Part shown: in pieces, positions 37,330 through 48,700 of the stretch
How positions within the stretch are numbered: position 1 is the first letter of the stretch
Layout: each line of letters opens with the position of its first letter
Assembly (NCBI RefSeq): GCF_036971445.1
Contig: NC_091472.1
Span: 240,002,001 to 240,066,000 of the forward strand
Source of the DNA: Narcine bancroftii
Lineage: Eukaryota
Length of the DNA stretch: 64,000 nt
Direction: 5' to 3'
Program-made: the position numbers and the translations under genes
Notes under the pieces: generated by a model
The model's database searches: none
What the model saw: only the letters and a program-made list of their open reading frames with translations
What the model was told of the DNA's origin: nothing

Positions 37330-40300
37330 GGGGGCGTGGCAAGATGGCGTAGAGATCAGACGTGTAATCCCTGCCCTCTCTGGTCAGACTTTTAAATGCC
37401 CGTTTTTTAAACCCTTTATTTTTAATTTTAAAACTTAAATTTTTAGTTTGATATTTTGGTGAGCCATTATGGCTACTAATGTAAAAAAAAAACTAAGTCT
37501 CAGTTACAAAAGAAAATACATTTTCGAAGAGCAGAAGAATTAGGGCCTAAGCAACTTGGAACAGCCTCGGATCCGTTTTCAGCTATCCCCAAGCTTCAAC
37601 GATCGCCAGTGGGGACAAAAGCCAAGGTAACAGTTACTCATCAGTCTCAAGATGGCGCTGGTTCGACCCGTTCTGCGGAGGAAGGAGCGCGTTCCCGAGA
37701 TGTCGGGCACAAGCCTGGAGGCTTGCTACAAAGAACTCTCCCATTGGAAGAGACGGGAGCGCGGAGGAAGAAGATTCCGACGGCAGACATGCAGTCTGCA
37801 GCGACTATGCGCTTGGGTGGTGCTGTTAATTACGGAGAACTCCGTAATTTTATTAAAAAATGGTGTGCGGGGAGACAGCAATGACGACCCCCTGAGGAAG
37901 TCGGGGGTTGTTGTTGGGTGTCCAAACTCGCAGTAAAACAACTAGAATGCTACCTTTTGAAGAGCAACAAGAAGAAGACTTACCTTACTCTACTGCTGTA
38001 CAGGAAATGGAAGAAGAGCTGGAAGAAAGTGAGTTACAAATTATGGAACCGAATCCTGTAATTCAAACTGCACTTCAGCCTGTTTACATGAGGTTTGAAG
38101 GTATTGCTTCCTATTTGGATGTTATTACTGGTCAATTGAATCAGGTAGTTCAAATGAATACTGATATAATTTCAGACTTCAATGGGGTTAAGGCAGAGGT
38201 TCAAGAAAACTGGGAAAACTTCAAAAAATTTGAAGCTTCTCTTTCTGAATGTAAACAACAGGTACAATCCAATACAGAAACAATAGTAAAGGTGGAAAAA
38301 TCAGTTAAAGATTTAAGACCCCAGGAAAAAGAGTTAATAAAAAAAATGAACTATTTGGAAAATCAAAGCAGAAGAAATAATGTGAAAATTGTGGGTTTGC
38401 CAGAAGGTCAAGATCCTGTCAAATTTTTTAAAAATTGGATTCCCCAGATGTTGGGGGAAGAGTCCTTTCCTGACGGACTGGTATTGGAAAGAGCACATAG
38501 AGTTAACATTTTCTTCCAGAAAGAGATTAATTTGTTTTTTAAAAAATTCAATAAATTCCACTTTTTTTAACATCGTATTAAATCTCCAACGATAAGCTGC
38601 ATGAACTTTTTCAGAACTCTCATAAGTAAAATAGATATGCTTCAGATAATATTCTTAGAGTGATTAGTTTGATTTATAAACATCGACAGTGCCCTGACCA
38701 TCCGATGGTGATATCTCTTGATGCAGAAAAGGCTTTTGACAGAGTTGAATGGAACTTTTTATTTAAAGTCTTAGAGAAATTTAAGTTTGATCCTTCTTTT
38801 ATTGGTTGGATTAAAGCTTTATATAATAAACCAATAGCCAGGGTATTGACAAATGGTCAGATCTCGGAACCTTTTAAATTAACTCATTCAACTCAACAAG
38901 GTTGTCCTTTGTCCCCAGGTTTGTTTGCATTAGTAATTGAACCTTTAGCACAGTTGATACGACAAAATACACAGATACAAGGTATGAGAGTTTTAGATGA
39001 GGAGTATAAAATTAATCTATTTGCTGATGATGTACTGGTGTATTTAACAAATCCAACGCAATCACTTTTACACTTGAAGGAATGTTTAACACAATATGGA
39101 TCTTTGTCTGGATATAAAGTTAATTGGGAAAAAAGTGAAATTTTACTGATAGGTGAAGGAGATTATTCAGTTTATAAGAATATTATTAATTTGAAGTGGA
39201 CTTATCGAATTAAATATTTGGGTATAATTTTGAATGTTAATTATCAATCTTTATATAAATTAAATTATGTACCATTAATGAAAAATATCAAAGCTGATTT
39301 GATTAAGTGGAAGGATCTTCCTATAAATTTAATTGGAAGAATAAATACAATCAAAATGAATATTTTTCCATGTATACAATATTTGTTTCAGTCAATTCCG
39401 TGTTTACTTGTTAAGAGTTTTTTTCGAGATTTAAATAAAATGGTTAGGGAATTTTTATGGAAGGGTCAATTTCCGAGAGTAGCTTTGAATAAGTTAACCT
39501 GGAAATATGCATTAGGGGGATTATGCTTACCACATTTTCAAAATTATTATGAGGCAGCTCAATTTAAATTTATTAGTTTATTAATGGATTTGGAACGGCT
39601 CCCTAGTTGGGCTAAAATTGAGATGGCGAATATTTCTGAATTTGAAATATATCAATTTTTGTTTCGGTGGAATTTAAATATATTACAACAATATAATGTG
39701 CCTATACTAAAACATTTAATGAAGTTATGGATGAGGGAAAATAGAATGATAGGTTCTAAAGGTAAATTATTGACTTTAACACCATTATATAATAACCAAC
39801 TTATTCCTTTTTCAATGTATAATCAATGTTTATTACAATAGAAATCTTAAGGTATAAAAAACTTGGGGGATTGTTTTAAAGAAGGTCAATTTTTATCATT
39901 TAATCAAATGAGGGAAGATTTTGGTATTAATGAGAATTCTTTATTTGTTTATTATCAACTTCGATCTCTAGTAAAACAAATATTTGGTAGAAATATGATT
40001 TTACCTAAATTGACTAAATTTGAATCTTTTCTTGTGATTGCACCAAAGAAGGGATATATTTCATTGATGTATCAAATATTACAGAGAAGTATGGAAAAAA
40101 AGGGATGGAATAGATCCAAGATTAAATGGGAAAGGGATATCAACTTTAATTTTTCTGAGGATGACTGGTTAGATATCTGTCATGATCGTGTTACTAGATT
40201 GATAAATGTTTGTTATGCATTGGTTAATTACGTTTTTAGATCAATTGCATTTAACACCTGAAAAATTTAAAAAAATATGGTTTTAGTGAATCAGATTCTT

Positions 40301-40896
40301 GTTTTAGGTGTGGTAATTCAGTTGGAACTTTTTTTCATGCTGTTTGGTTATGTGTATATATAATCTTTTTGGAAAGCAATTCAATTGTTTTTGGAACATT
40401 TGTATAAGATCAAAATACTTCTAGACCCGACAATATTTTTGTTGGGTGAGTTGAATCCTTTGAAAGATTTAGGATTAGATAAATTTCAGATTGCTTTTGT
40501 GTATTTAGCTTTATCTTTTGCAAAAAAATGTATAGCAAGAACATGGAAAAATGCTAATGTGATTGATATTAATAGATGGCATAATGAGATGAAAACTTGT
40601 TTAGTAATGGAAAAAATTATGTATATTTTACATGATAATTATTCTTTTTTTTAATAAGTGGTCTTTATATTTAGAATATTTACATTTAGATTTACCTTGA
40701 TGAGATTTTAGTAAATATATTTCAGTTTTCTTTTCTTTTTCTTTGGCTCGCCTAAAGAGAGTAGGCTGAGAGGGGGAGGGGGGGTTCTTTTTTCTTTTTT
40801 TTATATATAAAGAAATTTTTTTATCATTCATAATATGTATTTTTCTTATTGTATGTAATAACTTTGTTGAATGAATAAATAAAGTTATGAAAAAAA
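37330..40896 (+). mobile_element. L1-clade LINE with both termini, internally rearranged (about 3.6 kb)
   Basis: 5' GGGGGCGTGGCAAGATGGCG; ORF1 coiled coil plus LENQSRRNNVKIVGLPEG..LERAHR; ORF2 RT SLDAEKAFDRVEW, QGCPLSP, LFADD; AATAAA and A-tail; 13-bp TSD ACAATTAGAATGC at 37317-37329 and 40897-40909. Inserted into an older Rex/Babar-like LINE end. Confidence 0.92.
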
Positions 40897-41331
40897 ACAA
40901 TTAGAATGCTGAACAACCTAAGAACTGCTCATATAAACCCTTTGTGATTCAACCATTTATTTATTTAAATTGTATATCACTACTGTTAATATGTATTGTT
41001 TGTTTTTATGTGTATTATGTCTGTATGTGTGTTTGCCTCAGTTCGGTTGGAGTCTGCCTTCTTTGGACTTTCTATTACTGCTATCCTATTCAGTTCCTGG
41101 TGGTTTTGTTTATCCTTTCTACCAGAAATGGACAATTACTCCATGGCTCGTGAAAAATTTCACATAATTTCCAGCTCACTTTCCCATTGTTAAGTACATG
41201 ACTGTTTCTTTCGTAGGACTGAACAGTGCTGTAAACATATCTGACCTTGTCAATGGCTTAAAAGCCTGAAGTTCCCTGATCTATATTTTATAAAACAAGC
41301 AATCAGGTTTTATTCTTCATTTCATTGTTTT

Positions 41332-41501
41332 NNNNNNNNNNNNNNNNNNNNNNNNNNNNNNNNNNNNNNNNNNNNNNNNNNNNNNNNNNNNNNNNNNNNN
41401 NNNNNNNNNNNNNNNNNNNNNNNNNNNNNNNNNNNNNNNNNNNNNNNNNNNNNNNNNNNNNNNNNNNNNNNNNNNNNNNNNNNNNNNNNNNNNNNNNNNN
41501 N
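41332..41501. other. Assembly gap (170 N)
   Basis: Run of n. Confidence 1.
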
Positions 41502-44500
41502 TTCTTCCCTATCAGTTTTTCTTAATTTCCTGAAATGTTCCAACAAATAATCTTCTTAATTTAACTCAACTGGGACTCTTTTCAAATTATATATTCAAGT
41601 TTATTGACACAAGATGCAGTGATAGATGTTATTTTGTGGGTAGACCAGTTGACATCTCATATATAGTACAACATGTAAGACACAGTGTAAAAGTGATACA
41701 TAGCAAATACAACATAATTTTGCTGTTTTGAGGTTCATTCAGGATTAGTGGGAAAAAAAATGTTTGTGAATCCGATAGTGTGTGATCTCATATTTGTGAA
41801 TCTTCTTCCTAATGGGAAAGAGGGTGAAGAGAGGGGGCTGGGATGGGATGGACCTTTTGATATTTTGGCTGATTTTCCAAGGTAGCAGGAGGTATGGATG
41901 GAGTTGATGAATGGGAGGGGAATGTAGTTGATGGCCTGAACCATGTTCACAACCCTCTGTAGTATTTTTTCTCGTCTTGAGCAGAACAGTTCCCGTAGCC
42001 TGATGTATCTTGATAGGATGCTTTCAATTGAGCACCTGTAGAAGTCACTGAGGAATACAGGTTACATATTTGTTGAGGTACTGGTGTGTTTTCTAAGTCA
42101 CTGCATCGATATAGGTTAACCAGGGCAAAGTCACTGAAAGATGATTGCTCCTGGGAATTTAATGCTGTCTACTCTGTCTACCTCAACACCATTGATGTGA
42201 AGCAGGGAGTGAGCTCTCCCCCACTCCCTTTCCAAAAGTCTACACACAGCTCTTTGGCCTTGCTGATATTGAGGGAGAAGTTTTGTCCTGGTACCAGGCC
42301 ATGAGATCTTCTATAACTCTGAACTACTTCATCTCATTGTTGTTTGAGATCTGGCCTGTGTCAGTGAAGTCACCTGCAAATTTATAGATGGAGCAAGAGT
42401 AGTATTTGGTCTCACAGACACGAATGTACAGGGAGTAGGGGGAGGGGCCTGGAGTTGAGGATGATCATTGAGGAAGGACTGTCACCAACCTGACTGAACA
42501 CAACAGACAGGTTAGGAAGTCGTTGATCTAATTGATGACAATTTGCAAACTGGTCCTAGCATATCTTCTCCTCACACTTTCCACAATCACTCAGAGTTGT
42601 TAATGCAGCTCAGACCATCATACAAACCCCTCCACTTTCCTCCATTAACCATCCGCACTTCCAACCACCTTGGAAAAGCAGCCAACATATTAAAATACTC
42701 ATCCCACTCTGGACACACACTCTTCACCCATTCCCCCTCTTGACCTGAAGAAGATTCCTCAGTGAGAGATCAGGTGCCACCAAATTCAAGGACAGTTTTT
42801 TCCCACCATTATCAGACTCCTGAATGTACCTCACACTTGTAAATTATGTTGCTTTTCCTCTGTGCTAACTGAACTATCTGTACTATCTGAGTTCTGTGCC
42901 ATCTCAATGAAACTGCATTCTGTTTTTGCCAGGGTGTACATAAAACAAACTTTTTCACTGTTCCTTAAGACAATAAAATTGAACTACTTAGCTAATATAA
43001 AACTAAAATAGCACAGGAAAGAATGAAAGAACAAAGGACTATCACACCATTATTCCTGCACCTGTATGGACGATGGTTTCACAACAATGAATTTGCAAAA
43101 GCAGAATTAAATGTTGCTGGTTACAGCTGGAAAGGTTGCCAAGAACTTCATGCATTAACTATGTGCTTTGTACATCACTACAGATCAATTGTAGATTGCT
43201 GACAGTGTTCAGTCCACAGACTGAATAACTGATCTGGTTTCAAACAAGGCATTTCAAACTGAATATAATCAGCTAAAATTCAAAACATTCAGCTTTTCAG
43301 AGTTCGATCAAAAAAAATTTTTTCACATAGTTTTGCATATTAGTCAAAAATGTAATCTTGTTTTGACTTATTTAACATTATTTTGACATTATATTGAATT
43401 CAAAAATGAACACAAATGACAAATTTTAGATTAACATGAAATGCTGAATTTAAAATCACTAATATTGTTCCTGTTTTTCAAACTACCTCCTTCCTCTGTT
43501 AATATTCAGAAAGCAGTGGCCTCTCTGCTTTATTTCTGCACATTCATCCAGAACAAGGGTGCCCCAGTTTGATCTACACTAAGATTAAGCACAGGACTGT
43601 TCCAATTTGATCTCCAAACTTGCCCCTATTTAGCTCCCACATTCTCAAAGGAAACTTCTGAAATGAATGTAAGGGGGAGGGGGAGCCTGGAGAAGTCAGG
43701 TTGTGGGCAGAGGTGAGGGTGGTGATTCAAGTCCATCAGTAATCTTGTTTCACTTGTTCTTCAGTACTTTGCTGGGGGAATCTTGAACAGTATTGTTCCT
43801 CTCAGCAGGGGGTAATTTGATGAAATTTGGAAGAAACAGTGGAAGCTATATTATATCAACATTCTTTGAGTTTGGTTGATTTATAGAATCTAATGGCTCT
43901 GATTCTGCAGAATAAGGAAGTGTGAAATCGGAACTGTAGACCATTCAGCCCTTCAATCCTGCTCCACATTCCTCCATACCACAGATGATATTTTTACTTT
44001 ACCACCATTTTTCTGGACTATCCCTGTATCTCTTGATGTTCCTGGGTCTCCAGTAATCTTTTCATCTCCATTCTGAAGCAACTCAACAACTGAGGCTCCA
44101 CAACTCTCTTGAGACAGAGTATTCCAAAGGTCACCTTTCTTTCTGCAAGAAGAAACATATCTTTATTTTAGTCTTTAAAACCCTCCTTATATTCTGAAAC
44201 TATTCCACTTGCTTCTTGACTTCTCTTTTGGGGATACCACTACCTCGAATCCAGCCTGTCAGGCTCTTTAAGAATTTTGTATGTTTTTTTATTAGATCAC
44301 TTTCTAAACATTTCCGCAAGGTCTCTTCGTGTAATAATCCTGCCATCCATGGAACCAATCTAATGCATTTTCACTGCACTCGTTCTATGGCAAATACGTC
44401 TCCTTTAAGTTAAGGTAACCAAAACAGTTCCAAATATTACAGGGGCTATCTACTAAATCCGTATACAATTTTCATTAAATTTTCACAAGGTAAATTTGCC

Positions 44501-45027
44501 ATGTGTCCTCGTGAACAATTCTACACCTACATGTTCGTTATCAGAGGCTTGTACTAAACCTACCTAGATCCCTTTGACCATCAACTTTACCCAATCTTTC
44601 ACCATTCAACAACTACTCTGTTTTTCAATTATATGCAACAAAGTGAATAATCTCACAATATTCCACCTCATATTCCATCCAATATTTACTCACAAACTCA
44701 ATCAGTTTCTCTATTTCTCTGGAGTGTTCTTGATATCTGCTTCTGTTCTCACACTCACAACTAGATTTGATAGAGAATTGATAGAGAATGAGTAGCTGGG
44801 ATCAAGCAATGGTCCTCCACAAATAACAACCTGCCAATCCGAGAATGATCCATCTATTCCCATTCTTTGCCTTCTGCCCAATAACCAGATCTCAATTCAT
44901 TTTGCAATATTACCCAAGCTTTATTGACACATCTCTTGTGTGGAACCTGATCAATGCCCCGTTGAATATCCAGATATGATGATTCTTTCCTCCTCTGCTA
45001 CATTTCTAGTCAGTTCCTGAAAGACGC

Positions 45028-45258
45028 TGCAGTGCGCGTCGAAAGAACCAAAGGCTTGTCGATCCAAACCAAGGCTTTTACTAACTAAAAGACTGGAGTA
45101 TATCACAAGTAGGTCGACCAGTCCAGAATGACCTGGTCTGGCTAGGAGCAATCCTTTAAGACCTGCCAGTAGGTGTGGCTACACTCTCAGCCAATCACAG
45201 TCATCCTACACTACAATCTGCAAATATACACATTGGTGATAGAAACTGTACTATCACA
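45028..45258 (-). mobile_element. Solo LTR, diverged relative of family A
   Basis: Shares gtcgaaagaaccaaag..gatccaaacc and ..ctgtactatcaca with 3964-4203; TSD GACGC at 45023-45027 and 45259-45263. Confidence 0.88.
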
Positions 45259-45579
45259 GACGCCCATCAAATTTGTCCAAAATCATTTTCCATTATTCAT
45301 ATTTTTTTGCAAAATTCTAAATTATTCATTAATGTCTTTGCAAAGCATGAGTAACTTTCTGACTGCACTTTGGAAAAGTATCATTTTGTTCCATTGTCCT
45401 CTGATATTTCCTGATCCAACAAAATAATTAATTGTTTTTCCATTGAATGGGAAGTTTCTGTGTACAAAACATCTTTTCACATATTATGCTGCACAAGCAT
45501 TCACTCAGAAACTAATTTGACAGCAATTCTTTAATATTGAGCTATTATTTTGAAAACAAAGAATGCCGGGGCTAGGTTT

Positions 45580-45654
45580 TGCTGATATGCAAATATGCCT
45601 CATTAAACTAACAAAGCTCTGAATTACATCGCATGATCTGTTTGGGTGTATAAA
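45580..45654 (+). promoter_or_regulatory. Gene 4 proximal promoter: Maf half-site, CATT-N6-ACAAAG element, TATA box
   Basis: tttTGCTGA (45580-45585), CATTAAACTAACAAAG (45601-45616), TATAAA (45649-45654). Confidence 0.7.
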
Positions 45655-45714
45655 GCTCACATCTCGCATCTTGAGCTCTTGTCCATCAAAGCAGTCCTTG
45701 GATAAAACTCCAAA

Positions 45715-45723
45715 ATGGGGAAG
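45715..45723 (+). CDS. Gamma-crystallin gene 4 exon 1 coding part (MGK)
   Basis: ccaaaATGGGGAAG|gtaggg. Confidence 0.88.
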
Positions 45724-48700
45724 GTAGGGCAGATATTCAACATGAAGACTATCAGTAATTAGATTTTTATTTTGTATGTCCTCTAGATGGTATCAAACTA
45801 ACCTGATTTTACTCATTATAGATAATCTTTTACGAGGACAAGAACTTCCAGGGTCAGTGCTATGAATGTAACACTGACTGTGCAGACCTTCACTCCTTCT
45901 TTAGCCGATGCAACTCCATCCGAGTGGAGAGTGGCAGCTGGGTGCTGTATGAGAAGACAAATTATACAGGGTATCAATACATCCTGACCAGGGGGGAATA
46001 TCCAGACTATCAACATTGGAATGGATACAGCGACAGCATTAAATCATGCCGCCAAATTCGCCATGTAAGTGTTAACAACACATGATTGTATCTATTATGA
46101 GTTAAATTGCTGACATTTTATTTAATATATTTGAATGTATGAAGTTCATTGTCATATAATACATGTAGGTACAATATACAAAATATAAGTCTTCCTCATT
46201 GCAATTTCCGAGATACATAAAATATGCCAATAACTATTTAAATATAATTAACATAAAAGAAACAAAAGGATAATAAACATAAAAGGAAGAGAAATATGGT
46301 TCTAAAACTAAGCCATCTAGGATTTATCACAAATCTGCAAAAAATCATGTTTTTTGGAAATGGATTATATTGAATATGATAATATTATAGATGAGTAAAC
46401 AATTTATTAAATAATATCATGTTGTAGCGGCAGCTACACTGCTACTGAAAGAACACACAACCAGATGGGTTGAGCTCAGTGAGCAGAACTGATTTATTGC
46501 AGGCTGCTGGGCTGGACTTATACTCCCAGCCTGGACCTGGCTGAGAACCGCGCTGGGTGGTGCTGACGCCACCCGGGCATCATGTAGTTCCCCCCCCAGC
46601 ACGGGCTTCTGAGCCCTGTGCTGATAAGAAGGGGAAACCCCGACGGCGCCATTTTGGCCGGCTACCCTGCCGCGTGGATTACAAGCGGGGCCGGTTCGCC
46701 TGCCTAGTGGTGTGCCGCCACACAGCCTCCCTGAACTGGCGCCAATGTCCTTTTTAGCTGGATGGCCTCACTTCTTGGGCTGGGCCACAATCACTGGTTC
46801 AGTGGGGTCGAGGTGCGCTGGCTTCAGCCTGTCCACAGTAAACAGTTCCCGTCTGCCGCCAATGTCCAGCGTGAATGTAGGCCCTGAAAGCTGGACAACC
46901 TTGTACGGCCCCTTGTAAGGTTTCTGCAAAGGTGCCGCGGGCAGGCCCCGCCGAATAAAAATGTACTCTGTGGAAAGCAGCTCATTGGGGACGTGAGATG
47001 GCCGGGTGCCGTGTCTGGGCGGCGGTGTGGGCGCGAATGAGCCCAAGTGGACCCGGAGGTGGGGAAGCAACTCATACAGCCACCGCTGCGCGTTGTGAGG
47101 CATGTTGATGAACTCACCAAAAAATGCCTCACAAATCCTGGATGAATGCACCATAGACCAGCTCAGCTGATGACGCCTGCACATCCTCCTTGGGCGTGGA
47201 TCAGATGCCCAGGAGCACCCAAGGCAGTTCGTCCACCCAGTCGGGACCAGTGAGGTGGGCCATAAGTGCCGACTTAAGGTGGTGGTGCAGACGCTCAAAC
47301 AGCCCATTGGCCTGTGGGTGATAGGCCGTGGTGCGGTGTAGCTCGATCCCCAACCTGATGGTGAGCTGCGCCCAGAGCGGAGAGGTGAGGTGATTCGGAA
47401 TGCCGAACTGGGCGACCCAACTGTGCAACAGTGCTCGGGAGCAGGAGTCTGTGGAGGTGTCCGGCATCGGGATCGCCTCAGGCCAATGAGTGGTGCAGTC
47501 CACCACCATGAACAGGTAATAGTTGCCCTGGGAAACGGGTAAGGGCCCGACTATGTCCACATGAATGTGGCTGAACCGTTCCTGAATGTGCTCAAACTCT
47601 TGTTCGGGAGCCTGGTGTGCCTGTGTACCTTGGATGTTTGGCAATGGGTGCATGTTCTGGCCCAGCCCGCGATCTGTTTCCGCAGCCCATGGCAGACGAA
47701 CCGCTCTGCCACCATCCGGACTGTGGACCTGATGGACGGGTGGTCCCGGGCTAGCTGGTCAAAGTCGAGGCCGGGCGTCAGCGTCAGATGGCCAGTTGTG
47801 AGAGTGCAATGGCGACCATGTTGTCCTTCCTTGCCTTGTGCCAAATGTTGGTGGTAAACTCCAACCCAAAGGAGAGGTGACACTGCTAGCGGGCCAACCA
47901 GGGGCCCTTCGCCATCGCGAGTACCTGGGTGAGGGGTTTGTGGTCAGTGAAGATGGTAAAAGTCCTCCCCTCCAAGAAATAGCGGAAATGCCGCACTGCC
48001 AGGTACATGCCCAGTAATTCCTCGTCAAAAGCGCTGTACTTGAGCTCTGGTGGGCGGAGAAGCTGGCTGAAGAATGCCAGCGGCTTCCATTGTCCGTTCA
48101 CCTGCTGCTCCAGGACGGCGCCGACAGCTGAGGCAGAGGCATCAACGGAGAGCGCCATATGCAGGTCGGTGTGCGGGTGGGCGAGCATGGTAGCCTTCGC
48201 GAGGGCGTCCTTGGTGGCCTCGAATGCACTGCAGACCTTTGGGGTCCAGGTGAGCGTCTTGTACTTGGATGCGATGAGGGCAAATAGTGGCTGCATGATG
48301 TGCGCAGCTCCTGGGATGAATTGGTTTCAGAAGTTGACCAAACACGCGAACTCCTGGAGTCCCTTGAGGTTGTCCGGACATGGGAACTCCTTGACAGTGG
48401 CAACCTTCATAGTGGTGGGCGTGGCTCCCTAGGCCATGAAAACTGGCACTTGGCTGGGTTGATGGTGAGGTCGAAGTCGGCCAGCCAGGAGAAGAGGGTG
48501 CACAGGTGAGCCTTGTGTTGTGGCCGATCCTTGCTGGCAATGAGGATGTCATCTAAGTAAATGAAGACAAAATCTAGGTCCCTGCCCACTGAGTCCATGA
48601 GGTGCTGGAAGTTCTGAGTCTGAACGGCATGCGAAGGAATTCGAACAAGACGAAGGGGGTGATGATGTGATTGCCGTCTTGGGTATGTCCTCAGGTTGCA

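Noticed and set aside
38660-39841. 393-aa ORF as a host or domesticated gene
   Set aside because: It is L1 ORF2 RT inside a TSD-flanked element, lacking the endonuclease and broken by stops downstream.
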